Source: Pasteurella multocida (GTDB lineage Bacteria > Pseudomonadota > Gammaproteobacteria > Enterobacterales > Pasteurellaceae). From it: a stretch of 32,000 bases of DNA. Location of the stretch: contig NZ_LT906458.1 in assembly GCF_900187275.1 (NCBI RefSeq), forward strand, positions 30,001 to 62,000. Direction: 5' to 3'. The translations under genes and the position numbers were made by a program. The notes under the pieces were generated by a model. The model did not search any database and was not told where the DNA came from. It saw only the letters and a program-made list of their open reading frames with translations. Positions within the stretch are counted from its first letter, which is position 1. Every line of letters begins with the position of its first letter. Shown here piece after piece: positions 1-10,380 of the stretch.

Positions 1-442
1 CCGTTTGTTTAATTTGATGTGCATTCCATTCCGCTAAACCATACACCGCTTGTGTGAGCAATTCAGGATGTTGATGCTCAAAACCATAAAACGTGCGATA
101 AAATGCCGCATTATTCACACGAAATGCGCCAGATAAGTCAAAGACTTTGCATTGATGTTGTAAAAAAACAGGTGCAAGATCATGACTGACTTCATGGGCT
201 GTGGCGAGGAACACGAGATCGACTTGTTGTGCGAGGGGACTTAATTGCTCTGGGAGTGGCTGTAAAGGTAAATCCACAAGATGCTTGAGTTGTGGATAAA
301 TTTCACTCATGCATTTATTGGCATCTTGGCTTTGGCGAGAGACGTACAGTCCGGTGAGCTCAAACTTGGGGTGTTTGATTAAAATACGGGCAAGTTCAGC
401 CCCCGTATAACCACTTGCACCAATGATAATCGCTTTTTGCAT
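1..442 (-). CDS. argC: N-acetyl-gamma-glutamyl-phosphate reductase, N-terminal part (runs off window)
   Basis: Reverse-strand translation begins [35 protein letters not shown], the classic ArgC NAD(P)-binding start. It is divergent from argE. Confidence 0.93.
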   Translation of the reverse strand, partial: MQKAIIIGASGYTGAELARILIKHPKFELTGLYVSRQSQDANKCMSEIYPQLKHLVDLPLQPLPEQLSPLAQQVDLVFLATAHEVSHDLAPVFLQHQCKVFDLSGAFRVNNAAFYRTFYGFEHQHPELLTQAVYGLAEWNAHQIKQT

Positions 443-477
443 ATTGTGTTGTGCCTTATAATAAGATAAATTTTTTA

Positions 478-516
478 AATGACTAATTATGCTATTATTA
501 TGCATAAATATTTAAA
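478..516. promoter_or_regulatory. Tandem ARG-box-like operators (ArgR binding) between divergent argC and argE
   Basis: 499-516 TATGCATAAATATTTAAA matches TNTGAATWWWWATTCANW at 16/18. 478-495 AATGACTAATTATGCTAT matches at 14/18. The two 18-mers are separated by 3 bp, the canonical ARG-box spacing. Confidence 0.7.
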
Positions 517-550
517 AGGCAATGTCTTTCTATTTATCAAGGGAAAAACG

Positions 551-1699
551 ATGAAAAAAATTCCTTCTTTTTTGCAAATGTATTCCGCACTGATCGCTTC
601 ACCAACGATGAGTAGTATTGATCCACATTTTGATCAATCTAACCGCACCTTAATTGAATTATTAGCGAATTGGCTGAGTTCCCTTGGTTTTAAAACAGAG
701 GTTATTCCTCTAGAGGGGAGTCGTGATAAATTTAATTTATTAGCGACTTATGGTGAAGGGGAAGGCGGTTTACTCTTAGCGGGACATACAGATACTGTGC
801 CTTTTGATGAGGGGCGTTGGCAGTTTGATCCGTTTAAACTTACTGAAAAAGACGGTAAGTTTTATGGTTTAGGCACGGCAGATATGAAAGGGTTTTTTGC
901 TTTTGTCATTGATGCGGTAAGCCAGTTGGATTTAACGAGATTGACAAAACCCTTGCGCATTTTGGCGACGGCGGATGAAGAAACTACCATGTTAGGAGCA
1001 AGAACTTTTATTCAACATAGCCATATTCGTCCTGATTGTGCGATTATCGGTGAGCCAACATCATTAAAGCCTATTCGTGCGCATAAAGGGCATGTAGGTG
1101 AAGCGTTACGAATTACAGGAAAAAGTGGACATTCGAGCGATCCTAGCAAGGGGATTAATGCGATTGAATTAATGCACGAGGCAACGGGTTATTTAATGCA
1201 AATGCGGGATGAATTACGCCAGAAATATCATCATGCTGCATTTAATATCCCTTATCCAACGATGAATTTTGGCGCTATTTCAGGGGGAGATGCGGTGAAT
1301 CGTATTTGTGCTTGCTGTGAATTGCATTTTGATATTCGCCCTTTGCCGAATTTACGTTTAACGGATCTGAATGAAATGTTACAAGCAAAATTAGCCCCGA
1401 TGTTTGAAAAATGGGGGGATCGCATTTCGTTACAAGCTTTGCATGACCCTATTCCAGGCTATGAATGTGCGCATTCGGCACAAGTGGTGCAGGTGGTGGA
1501 AAAATTATTAGGTGAGCAATGTGAGACGGTGAACTATTGTACGGAGGCGCCTTTTATTCAACAGCTTTGTCCGACCTTGGTATTAGGTCCGGGATCCATT
1601 GAGCAGGCACATCAACCAGATGAATTTTTATCTGCTGAATTTATTGATCCAACTCGCGAGTTATTGAGCAAACTGATTGGGCAGTTTTGTACAGGCTAA
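551..1699 (+). CDS. argE: Acetylornithine deacetylase
   Basis: M20 peptidase signature ([41 protein letters not shown]). Start set at [22 protein letters not shown] rather than the upstream ORF extension. Confidence 0.95.
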   Translation: MKKIPSFLQMYSALIASPTMSSIDPHFDQSNRTLIELLANWLSSLGFKTEVIPLEGSRDKFNLLATYGEGEGGLLLAGHTDTVPFDEGRWQFDPFKLTEKDGKFYGLGTADMKGFFAFVIDAVSQLDLTRLTKPLRILATADEETTMLGARTFIQHSHIRPDCAIIGEPTSLKPIRAHKGHVGEALRITGKSGHSSDPSKGINAIELMHEATGYLMQMRDELRQKYHHAAFNIPYPTMNFGAISGGDAVNRICACCELHFDIRPLPNLRLTDLNEMLQAKLAPMFEKWGDRISLQALHDPIPGYECAHSAQVVQVVEKLLGEQCETVNYCTEAPFIQQLCPTLVLGPGSIEQAHQPDEFLSAEFIDPTRELLSKLIGQFCTG

Positions 1700-1718
1700 A
1701 TGCTAGATCAAGATCGAA

Positions 1719-1765
1719 AAAGTGCGGTCTGTTTTAAAAAAGTTTTCTCAAACAGACCGCACTTT
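1719..1765. terminator. Bidirectional hairpin built from two inverted uptake signal sequences
   Basis: AAAGTGCGGTCTGTTT (1719-1734), a 15-nt loop, then AAACAGACCGCACTTT (1750-1765): a perfect 16-bp stem. It lies between convergent genes. Confidence 0.8.
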
Positions 1766-1784
1766 GGATGCGTATTTTGAGTAG

Positions 1785-2573
1785 TTATTTTAATAAATCT
1801 TCATTTTTCGCATGAATCCATTTACCGCGTTTTTTATCTATATATTGGAAATATTCGTTGGTAAAGGTGCCTTGTGAACAGGTGAGCTTATCTAGACGGG
1901 AATTCACCTCTTTATTTTCTAGTGCTTTGATCAGCGTTTCGGGACCTGTTAAGCAAAATACACCGCCCTCAATCCGTTTTTGTTCAATGTTGCTAATAAT
2001 GATTTCAAGCGTATCTTTTAAGAAAGGATTGCCTTTGGCACTGGCTAAAAAGAAGTTGGTATAACGACCTCGGCGAGAAATGACCACTTCGCTATCCTCT
2101 TCATCAATAATGCTGTCAAGGCACCACACTAAGTGTCCATCAATATCCATATAGATACCACCTTCATGATAGAGAGTGAATATACGCCAGAAATCCGCTT
2201 GTGCCGCCCCATCGGTCAGCTTGCTATAAGCGTTAAAAGTACGTTCATCTGCATGGGTTTTGATGTAGTCTGCACGGGCTTCCGTACTGACATAGCGATA
2301 ATCGTAACTTAACGATAATAAACGGTTAAAGAGATAGTTACAGTAAACGGGTAATGTCACTTTATTACTGTAATTGGTTTGCCAAATTACACGATTAATT
2401 TTGGTTTTTTTATGGGATTGGCGTTTAGCAGGACTAAATTCGGGAATGGTGAAACGCATTTTAGGAAATAATGCATGAAAAGGATAACTTAAAGTTTTAA
2501 CGATATTCCCGAGTAGGCGAGTCATACCATTGGTTATCAGAATGAGGTGTTTATTTTTAACAGGTTTATACAT
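1785..2573 (-). CDS. Glycosyltransferase with DXD motif, GT32-like (surface polysaccharide/LOS type)
   Basis: [39 protein letters not shown] and TGPETLI motifs are typical of the GT32/capsular glycosyltransferase sugar-binding DXD region. Confidence 0.8.
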   Translation of the reverse strand: MYKPVKNKHLILITNGMTRLLGNIVKTLSYPFHALFPKMRFTIPEFSPAKRQSHKKTKINRVIWQTNYSNKVTLPVYCNYLFNRLLSLSYDYRYVSTEARADYIKTHADERTFNAYSKLTDGAAQADFWRIFTLYHEGGIYMDIDGHLVWCLDSIIDEEDSEVVISRRGRYTNFFLASAKGNPFLKDTLEIIISNIEQKRIEGGVFCLTGPETLIKALENKEVNSRLDKLTCSQGTFTNEYFQYIDKKRGKWIHAKNEDLLK

Positions 2574-2683
2574 GACAAAAGTCCGTTTTCTTTAAATAGA
2601 GGGAAATTTGGGATACTTTATCATTTTATGTAAGAAAGAACAAAAGGCTTGTATGAAATGAAAAAAGATTTTTAGAGAAGAAG

Positions 2684-2759
2684 TGGTGGGCGATACCGGT
2701 CTCGAACCAGTGACCCCCTCCTTGTAAGGGAGGTGCTCTCCCAACTGAGCTAATCGCCC
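2684..2759 (-). tRNA. tRNA-Val(UAC), copy 1, encoded CCA
   Basis: Reverse strand GGGCGATTAGCTCAGTTGGGAGAGCACCTCCCTTACAAGGAGGGGGTCACTGGTTCGAGACCGGTATCGCCCACCA; anticodon TAC in a 7-nt loop. Confidence 0.96.
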
Positions 2760-2822
2760 TTCAGATTTTGTCTTTTTAACAGGAAAAATGGCAAAGTTAT
2801 GAAGCGTTATTTCAAGTCTAAG

Positions 2823-2898
2823 TGGTGGGCGATACCGGTCTCGAACCAGTGACCCCCTCCTTGTAAGGGAGGTGCTCTCCCAACTGAGCTAATCGCCC
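2823..2898 (-). tRNA. tRNA-Val(UAC), copy 2
   Basis: 76-nt sequence identical to copy 1, including CCA. Confidence 0.96.
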
Positions 2899-2949
2899 AC
2901 TTGAGACTTAAAATATTGGGTGAATTTTATGGATTGGAACACATAAAAG

Positions 2950-3025
2950 TGGTGGGCGATACCGGTCTCGAACCAGTGACCCCCTCCTTGTAAGGGAGGT
3001 GCTCTCCCAACTGAGCTAATCGCCC
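2950..3025 (-). tRNA. tRNA-Val(UAC), copy 3
   Basis: 76-nt sequence identical to copy 1, including CCA. Confidence 0.96.
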
Positions 3026-3066
3026 GCATAAAATTCAATCACAACATTGGACACTTTGTTGAAAAG

Positions 3067-3142
3067 TGGTGGGCGATACCGGTCTCGAACCAGTGACCCC
3101 CTCCTTGTAAGGGAGGTGCTCTCCCAACTGAGCTAATCGCCC
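3067..3142 (-). tRNA. tRNA-Val(UAC), copy 4
   Basis: 76-nt sequence identical to copy 1, including CCA. Confidence 0.96.
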
Positions 3143-3159
3143 AAATGTTGTGAGGTGGC

Positions 3160-3187
3160 ATTATAATTATTACTTCTATTCAGTCAA
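3160..3187 (-). promoter_or_regulatory. Promoter of the tRNA-Val operon
   Basis: Reverse strand TTGACT, 16 nt, TATAAT, followed by GCCACC, a G/C-rich discriminator typical of stable RNA promoters. It is immediately upstream of copy 4. Confidence 0.75.
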
Positions 3188-3325
3188 CAAGTTTTTACAA
3201 AAAAAGCGTTAATTGTTTTAAAAGTAGGCATAAAATCACATTTTTTATTCGGAAATATGGAAACTCATAGTACAATATGGCACAAATTTTTTGATGTAAT
3301 TTAAGGTAAGAGAAAAGGTTATAAG

Positions 3326-4768
3326 ATGAAAGCAGAAGCATTATTTGATTTAGATCCTGGTGTGAAAGTGCGCACCCGTTTTGCGCCAAGTCCAACAGGC
3401 TATTTACATGTAGGGGGCGCTAGAACGGCACTTTATTCTTGGCTCTATGCAAAACATCACCAAGGCGAATTTGTTTTACGTATTGAAGATACCGACTTAG
3501 AGCGCTCAACACCAGAAGCGACTGCCGCCATTTTAGAAGGAATGGCGTGGTTAAATTTAGCTTGGGAATATGGTCCATATTTTCAAACCAAGCGTTTTGA
3601 TCGTTATAACCAAGTGATTGATCAAATGATCGAACAAGGGTTAGCCTACCGTTGTTATTGTTCAAAAGAACGTTTAGAAGATTTACGCAACACGCAAGAA
3701 CAGAATAAACAAAAAACCCGCTATGATCGTCATTGTTTAGGTGATCATAAGCACTCACCAGAACAACCGCATGTGGTGCGTTTCAAAAATCCAACGGAAG
3801 GCTCCGTGGTGTTTGAAGATGCAGTGCGTGGACGTATTGAGATCAGTAACGCAGAGTTAGATGATTTGATTATTCGCCGTACCGATGGCTCACCAACTTA
3901 TAATTTCTGTGTGGTGGTGGATGACTGGGATATGGGCATCACGCATGTGGTGCGCGGTGAAGACCATATCAATAATACGCCACGTCAAATTAATATTTTA
4001 AAAGCCTTAGGCGCACCCATTCCAACTTACGCCCATGTGTCGATGATTTTAGGTGATGATGGACAAAAATTATCCAAACGTCATGGCGCGGTGAGCGTGA
4101 TGCAATATCGTGATGATGGTTACTTGCCTGAAGCGTTATTAAATTATTTGGTGCGTTTAGGTTGGGGACATGGCGATCAAGAGATTTTCTCCGTAGAAGA
4201 AATGATCAAGTTATTTGAGCTTGAAAGTGTGAGTAAATCAGCCAGTGCGTTTAATACGGAAAAATTATTGTGGTTAAATCATCACTATATACGTGAATTG
4301 CCAGCAGAATATGTGGCTAAACATTTAGCATGGCACTATCAGGATCAAGGCATTGATACCTCCAATGGACCTGCATTAGAAGACATCGTAAAAATGTTGG
4401 CTGAACGTTGTAAGACACTCAAAGAAATGGCTGCCGCAAGCCGTTATTTCTTCGAAGATTTCGACAGCTTTGATGAAGCCGCAGTGAAAAAACATTTCAA
4501 AGCAGCTGCGATTGAACCACTTGAGAAAATCAAAGAAAAATTGACCGCACTTGAAAGCTGGGATTTACACAGTACGCATCAAGCCATTGAACAGACTGCC
4601 GCTGAATTAGAATTGGGGATGGGCAAAGTTGGGATGCCATTACGTGTTGCGGTAACTGGTTCTGGTCAATCACCTTCTATGGATGTAACTCTAGTGGGCA
4701 TTGGCAAGGCACGTACGCTTGTGCGTATTCAAAAAGCGATTGATTTTATTAAAAGTCAAAATGTCTAA
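3326..4768 (+). CDS. gltX: Glutamyl-tRNA synthetase
   Basis: [24 protein letters not shown] (HIGH region) and KLSKRHG (KMSKS-like). 480 aa. Confidence 0.97.
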   Translation: MKAEALFDLDPGVKVRTRFAPSPTGYLHVGGARTALYSWLYAKHHQGEFVLRIEDTDLERSTPEATAAILEGMAWLNLAWEYGPYFQTKRFDRYNQVIDQMIEQGLAYRCYCSKERLEDLRNTQEQNKQKTRYDRHCLGDHKHSPEQPHVVRFKNPTEGSVVFEDAVRGRIEISNAELDDLIIRRTDGSPTYNFCVVVDDWDMGITHVVRGEDHINNTPRQINILKALGAPIPTYAHVSMILGDDGQKLSKRHGAVSVMQYRDDGYLPEALLNYLVRLGWGHGDQEIFSVEEMIKLFELESVSKSASAFNTEKLLWLNHHYIRELPAEYVAKHLAWHYQDQGIDTSNGPALEDIVKMLAERCKTLKEMAAASRYFFEDFDSFDEAAVKKHFKAAAIEPLEKIKEKLTALESWDLHSTHQAIEQTAAELELGMGKVGMPLRVAVTGSGQSPSMDVTLVGIGKARTLVRIQKAIDFIKSQNV

Positions 4769-4804
4769 TATTTAGGCTTCTGTTTAAATATCAGCAATTT
4801 GAGG

Positions 4805-4833
4805 TTGACAGTTTGTGTGGCGGAATTTATTAT
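4805..4833 (+). promoter_or_regulatory. Promoter of tRNA-Ala
   Basis: TTGACA (4805-4810), 17 nt, TATTAT (4828-4833), upstream of the tRNA. Confidence 0.7.
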
Positions 4834-4854
4834 TACCGCCACGACATTTCTGAT

Positions 4855-4932
<78 letters not shown>

Positions 4933-5216
4933 AATCATCTTCTAAGTCTTTAATTCGTCTTTTAAAGCTTATTCTTTGTTTAGTCTGAAAATAAATTACC
5001 AATCCTGCACTAAAGCCTGTATAATAGCCGAGCTTTATTTTCTGTATTAACGCGTGCGGCTATCAAAAGTGATTTTACGAACAGTACTGAAAAGCAAAAG
5101 TGCGGTTGGAAAGTGAGATTATTTTTGCTAGTCGCAATTGGAAAATAGAGCCATTTTTTTATTCACAAGTTAATGAAATTGTTGATTTCATTAGCCATTT
5201 TAAAAGGAACATTCTC

Positions 5217-7361
5217 GTGAATCCAATTGTTAAACAATTTAAATATGGTCAACATACTGTTACGCTAGAAACGGGTGCAATTGCACGCCAAGCAACGGCA
5301 GCAGTGATGGCAAGTATGGATGATACTACTGTGTTTGTCACAGTGGTTGCCAAAAAAGATGTGAAAGAAGGTCAAGACTTCTTCCCATTAACTGTTAACT
5401 ATCAAGAGCGTACTTATGCTGCAGGCCGTATTCCTGGTGGCTTTTTCAAACGTGAAGGTCGTCCTTCTGAAGGCGAAACTTTAATTGCTCGTTTAATTGA
5501 CCGTCCAATTCGTCCTCTTTTCCCAGAAGGTTTTTATAACGAAATCCAAATCGTGGCGACAGTGGTGTCTGTTAATCCGCAAATTTGTCCAGATTTAGTG
5601 GCAATGATCGGTGCATCTGCGGCACTTTCTTTATCAGGTGTGCCATTTAATGGCCCTATCGGTGCGGCACGTGTTGGTTTTATTGATGATCAATTTGTGT
5701 TAAACCCAACCATGAACGAGCAAAAACAAAGCCGTTTAGACTTGGTTGTCGCGGGAACAGATAAAGCGGTGTTAATGGTGGAATCTGAAGCCGATGTATT
5801 AACCGAAGAACAAATGTTAGCTGCGGTGGTGTTTGGTCATCAGCAACAACAAGTGGTGATTGACGCGATCAAAGAATTTACCGCAGAAGCCGGTAAACCG
5901 CGTTGGGATTGGGTGGCACCTGAACCAAATACCGCGTTAATTGAAAAAGTGAAAGCGATTGCAGAAGCGCGTTTAGGCGAAGCATACCGTATCACTGAAA
6001 AACAAGCACGTTATGAACAAATTGATGCGATTAAAGCTGATGTGATTGCACAAATCACAGCTGAAGTAGCAGAAGGCGAAGACATCAGTGAAGGGAAAAT
6101 TGTCGATATTTTCACCGCACTTGAAAGCCAAATCGTACGTAGCCGTATCATTGCTGGTGAACCACGTATTGATGGTCGTACAGTGGATACTGTTCGTGCA
6201 TTAGATATTTGTACTGGTGTTTTACCACGTACACACGGTTCTGCGATTTTCACCCGTGGTGAAACACAGGCGTTAGCTGTCGCGACATTAGGTACAGAAC
6301 GTGATGCACAAATTATTGATGAATTAACAGGTGAGCGTTCAGATCACTTCTTATTCCACTACAACTTCCCGCCATATTCTGTGGGTGAAACCGGTATGAT
6401 TGGTTCACCAAAACGTCGTGAAATTGGTCATGGTCGTTTAGCGAAACGCGGTGTAGCTGCAGTGATGCCAACACTTGCCGAGTTCCCGTATGTGGTACGT
6501 GTTGTCTCTGAAATCACAGAATCAAATGGTTCTTCTTCTATGGCATCGGTTTGTGGTGCGTCTTTAGCATTAATGGATGCGGGTGTACCAATTAAAGCGG
6601 CGGTTGCAGGTATTGCAATGGGCTTAGTCAAAGAAGACGAAAAATTTGTGGTGCTTTCAGACATCTTAGGTGATGAAGATCACTTAGGTGACATGGACTT
6701 CAAAGTCGCGGGTACACGTACGGGTGTGACGGCATTACAAATGGATATCAAAATCGAAGGTATCACAGCAGAAATCATGCAAATTGCGTTAAACCAAGCG
6801 AAAAGCGCACGTTTACACATTTTAGGTGTGATGGAGCAAGCGATCCCAGCGCCACGTGCGGATATTTCTGATTTTGCACCGCGTATTTACACTATGAAAA
6901 TTGATCCGAAGAAAATCAAAGATGTGATCGGTAAAGGTGGTGCAACCATTCGTGCCTTAACAGAAGAAACAGGTACCTCAATTGATATCGATGATGATGG
7001 TACGGTGAAGATTGCTGCGGTTGATGGCAATTCAGCAAAAGAGGTGATGGCGCGTATTGAAGATATTACTGCAGAAGTTGAAGCGGGTGCAGTGTATAAA
7101 GGTAAAGTTACTCGTTTAGCTGATTTTGGTGCCTTCGTTTCTATCGTAGGTAACAAAGAAGGCTTAGTGCATATTTCTCAAATCGCGGAAGAGCGTGTTG
7201 AGAAAGTGAGTGATTATCTTGCAGTGGGGCAAGAAGTGACTGTTAAAGTGGTTGAGATTGATCGTCAAGGTCGTATTCGTTTAACCATGAAAGAAGTTGC
7301 ACCAAAGCAAGAACACGTTGATTCTGTTGTCGCAGACGTTGCCGCAGAAGAAAACGCATAA
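5217..7361 (+). CDS. pnp: Polyribonucleotide nucleotidyltransferase (PNPase)
   Basis: Starts at GTG ([26 protein letters not shown]) after AAAAGGAA. Contains [15 protein letters not shown] and [16 protein letters not shown] (KH), and an S1 domain [15 protein letters not shown]. Confidence 0.96.
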
Positions 7362-7369
7362 GCAATAAA

Positions 7370-7402
7370 CACCAACGCCCTTCGTGATAAAGGGCGTTGG
7401 TG
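7370..7402 (+). other. 13-bp perfect hairpin downstream of pnp, without a U-tract
   Basis: CACCAACGCCCTT (7370-7382), 7-nt loop, AAGGGCGTTGGTG (7390-7402). Confidence 0.7.
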
Positions 7403-7444
7403 TGCATGTTGATAAGTACAATTTGTGCTTTAAGGCGAAGCGAA

Positions 7445-8341
7445 ATGAAGCAATTTCATCCGTGGTTAAAGTGCCTGCTAATTTTCCCATTTTGGGTATG
7501 TTGTTTAACAGCTTGTGTTAATCATGAACAAGTTTTTCTTTCAAAAGAGAAATTAATGTTAGCAGAGCAACATCCGAATGATCATCTTGAGCATGAGGTG
7601 ATGGTTGCGCAAATTAGCGAATTGTTACTTGTTAAAGGGTTAAAAAAAGAAGAACGTGCGATTTTACATTTTGAGCGAGGCGTGCTGTACGATAGCTTAG
7701 GATTGTGGGCATTGGCGCGTTATGATTTTGACCAAACATTAGCGTTGTATCCAAAGTTGGCAGCAGCGTTTAATTATTTAGGTTTATATTTATTGTTAGA
7801 GGAAGATTACAGCGCATCTCTAGATATCTTTAATGTGTTGTTTGAACTTGATCCTCAATATGAGTATGCATTCCTAAATAGAGGGCTAAATTTTTATTAC
7901 GTCGGACGTTATGAATTAGCTCAGCGGGATTTTCTTCAATTTTATCAAGCCGATAAATCAGATCCATACCGCACTTTATGGCTTTATTTAAATGAATTAA
8001 AGCATAATCCTCAGGATGCTTCTAAAAATCTTGCTCAACGAGCAATGGGGCTTTCTGATGAATATTGGGGTACGTATTTAGTCCAATATTATTTGGGAAA
8101 GTTATCAGTTAAGGCATTATTTGCTCAAGCACAGCAATTTGCACAAACGAATCGTGCAAAATATGCAGAAATTCTAACTGAAACCTACTTTTATTTAGCA
8201 AAACTAAAACTCAATTCGGGTCAAATTAATGAGGCGGAAACGCTATTTAAACTGGCCATCGCAAACCAAGTGTATAACTTCGTTGAGTATCGTTTTGCGC
8301 TGTTTGAACTCTTGAAATTGAAGCAAAGTTCAAAACCATAG
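7445..8341 (+). CDS. nlpI: NlpI-like TPR lipoprotein
   Basis: Signal peptide with a lipobox-like CCLTAC|V, TPR units (LLVKGLKKEERAILHFERGVLYDSLGLWALARYDFDQTLALYPKLAAAFNYLG). Located between pnp and deaD. Confidence 0.9.
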   Translation: MKQFHPWLKCLLIFPFWVCCLTACVNHEQVFLSKEKLMLAEQHPNDHLEHEVMVAQISELLLVKGLKKEERAILHFERGVLYDSLGLWALARYDFDQTLALYPKLAAAFNYLGLYLLLEEDYSASLDIFNVLFELDPQYEYAFLNRGLNFYYVGRYELAQRDFLQFYQADKSDPYRTLWLYLNELKHNPQDASKNLAQRAMGLSDEYWGTYLVQYYLGKLSVKALFAQAQQFAQTNRAKYAEILTETYFYLAKLKLNSGQINEAETLFKLAIANQVYNFVEYRFALFELLKLKQSSKP

Positions 8342-8448
8342 TGGCATGCTTTATGCCATAGGCTGTTGTAAAACGTGAAAACGCGCAACATTGATTACAC
8401 TGGCTCACCAGCATAGTGAGCATTTCTTTTTTATATTCGAGTACTTTA

Positions 8449-10281
8449 ATGACTGAAACAACAATGACTTTCAATGATTTAGGCTTGCCTGAATTTCTTC
8501 TTAACGCCGTCTCTGACTTAGGCTTTGAAACCCCTTCTCCAATTCAACAAAGTTGTATCCCAAACCTGTTAAATGGGCATGATGTGCTAGGTATGGCACA
8601 AACTGGAAGTGGTAAAACCGCCGCCTTTTCACTCCCTTTATTAGCACAAATTGATTTAGATAAAAAATATCCACAAATGTTAGTGATGGCACCAACACGT
8701 GAGTTAGCCATCCAAGTAGCAGATGCCTGTGAGCACTTTTGCAAATATGCGAAAAATACCAATATTGTTACCCTTTATGGTGGTCAACGCTATGACATTC
8801 AATTGCGTGCTTTACGCCAAGGTGCTCAGGTTGTAGTGGGGACACCTGGTCGTATTTTAGATCACATTCGTCGTGGCACTTTAGATTTGTCTAATTTACG
8901 TTTTATGGTGTTAGATGAAGCGGACGAAATGTTACGTATGGGCTTTATTGATGATGTTGAAACGGTGATGGCAGAATTACCAGAACAACATCAGACCGCA
9001 CTTTTCTCAGCCACCATGCCAGATCCAATTCGTCGTATTACTAAGCGTTTTATGAAAGATCCAAAAGAGATCAAGATTAAATCTACCCAGACTACAAATC
9101 CAGATATTACACAGAGTTGTTGGTATGTGCATGGTTTCCGTAAAAATGATGCCTTATTACGTTTCTTAGAAGTAGAAAAATTTGATGCCGCGATTATCTT
9201 TACTCGTACTAAAACGGGGACATTAGATGTAACGGAATTGTTGGAAAAACATGGTTTCCGTGCCGCAGCATTAAATGGCGATATGACACAACAATTACGT
9301 GAACAAACGCTTGATCGTTTAAGAAATGGTAGTTTAGATATTCTTGTGGCAACCGATGTGGCGGCGCGTGGTTTAGATGTGGAACGCATTAGCCTCGTAG
9401 TGAACTATGATATTCCATTAGATGCTGAGTCTTATGTCCACCGTATTGGTCGTACAGGGCGTGCCGGACGTACAGGGCGTGCATTGTTATTTGTTGAACC
9501 AAGAGAACGTCGTTTATTACGCAATATTGAACAATTAACTAAAAAACCGATTACGGAAGTCGAAGTGCCAAATCATGAGGTACTACAAGCTTGTCGCCGT
9601 GAGAAATTTAAAGCCAAAATTACAGTCCAATTAGAGCATCATGATTTAGGGCTTTATCGTAGCTTACTAGAAGATATGTTCACCGCGGATCAAGATCAGG
9701 AAGATATTGCGGCGGCGATGCTGATGTTGTTACAAGGTAAACAAAAGCTTATTTTACCAGCCGATCCAATTATTGATCGTAAAACTTCACGCGGTGATCG
9801 TGGCGAGCGTCGTGAACGTGGTGGACGTGAAAATCCACGTTCAGCAGAGCGTCGTGGTTACGGTACACCGCAGGCGATGGATTTATATCGTATTGAAGTA
9901 GGACGTTTAGATGGCGCGGAAGTCCGTCATATTGTTGGGGCGATTGCCAATGAAGGTGATATCAATAGTCGTTATATTGGTCATATTAAATTATATGATG
10001 ATTACACCACGATTGAATTACCACAAGGTATGCCGAAAGAATTATTAGGTGTATTTGCGAAAACACGCGTGATGAACAAACAAATGCAGATGTCATTTGT
10101 GGGAGCGTCTAACGCAGGTTCAAGCCGTGATCGCGATGATTTCGCTGACCGCCGTGGTGGAAAACGTAAAGGACGCGGCGATGAACCACGTTTTGGGCGT
10201 GAAGATCGTAAATTTAAAGAAAAAAGTCAGCGCACTTTTAATGATCGCCCACGCAGAGAAAGACGTGAACGCCAAAAGTAA
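8449..10281 (+). CDS. deaD: DEAD-box ATP-dependent RNA helicase DeaD/CsdA
   Basis: Q motif [11 protein letters not shown]; AQTGSGKT; PTRELAIQ; VLDEADEM; SAT; [12 protein letters not shown]-terminal RNA-binding region and basic RG-rich tail. Confidence 0.95.
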   Translation: MTETTMTFNDLGLPEFLLNAVSDLGFETPSPIQQSCIPNLLNGHDVLGMAQTGSGKTAAFSLPLLAQIDLDKKYPQMLVMAPTRELAIQVADACEHFCKYAKNTNIVTLYGGQRYDIQLRALRQGAQVVVGTPGRILDHIRRGTLDLSNLRFMVLDEADEMLRMGFIDDVETVMAELPEQHQTALFSATMPDPIRRITKRFMKDPKEIKIKSTQTTNPDITQSCWYVHGFRKNDALLRFLEVEKFDAAIIFTRTKTGTLDVTELLEKHGFRAAALNGDMTQQLREQTLDRLRNGSLDILVATDVAARGLDVERISLVVNYDIPLDAESYVHRIGRTGRAGRTGRALLFVEPRERRLLRNIEQLTKKPITEVEVPNHEVLQACRREKFKAKITVQLEHHDLGLYRSLLEDMFTADQDQEDIAAAMLMLLQGKQKLILPADPIIDRKTSRGDRGERRERGGRENPRSAERRGYGTPQAMDLYRIEVGRLDGAEVRHIVGAIANEGDINSRYIGHIKLYDDYTTIELPQGMPKELLGVFAKTRVMNKQMQMSFVGASNAGSSRDRDDFADRRGGKRKGRGDEPRFGREDRKFKEKSQRTFNDRPRRERRERQK

Positions 10282-10336
10282 GTTAAGATGAGTTTAAACG
10301 AGGCGGTTGCGTACCTATTCGTTGATAAACAGTATG

Positions 10337-10370
10337 ATTGCGCCTAAGTGTCCCTTAGGCGCAATTTTTT
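10337..10370 (+). terminator. Rho-independent terminator after deaD
   Basis: ATTGCGCCTAAG, TGTCC, CTTAGGCGCAAT: 12-bp stem followed by TTTTT. Confidence 0.85.
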
Positions 10371-10380
10371 ACTGTCTTAT

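Noticed and set aside
1785-2573. Part of a capsule or LOS gene cluster
   Set aside because: Neighbours are argE and tRNA genes; no other polysaccharide gene is visible in this window.
2684-3142. Regularly spaced near-identical repeats resembling a CRISPR array
   Set aside because: The repeats are 76-nt complete tRNA-Val genes with anticodon TAC and encoded CCA; spacer lengths vary.
3195-3395. 66-aa minus-strand ORF across the gltX upstream region
   Set aside because: Overlaps the tRNA-Val promoter and the gltX start; no supporting context.
6011-6253. Reverse-strand ORF inside pnp (also 6428-6664, 6887-7156)
   Set aside because: Antisense shadow ORFs within a strongly coding gene; no recognisable domain or ribosome site.
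8342-8358. Small hairpin TGGCAT-gcttt-ATGCCA after nlpI
   Set aside because: A 6-bp stem with no T-tract; not supportable as a terminator or regulatory element.
8991-9389. 132-aa antisense ORF within deaD
   Set aside because: Shadow of conserved helicase motifs; composition looks like reverse translation noise.
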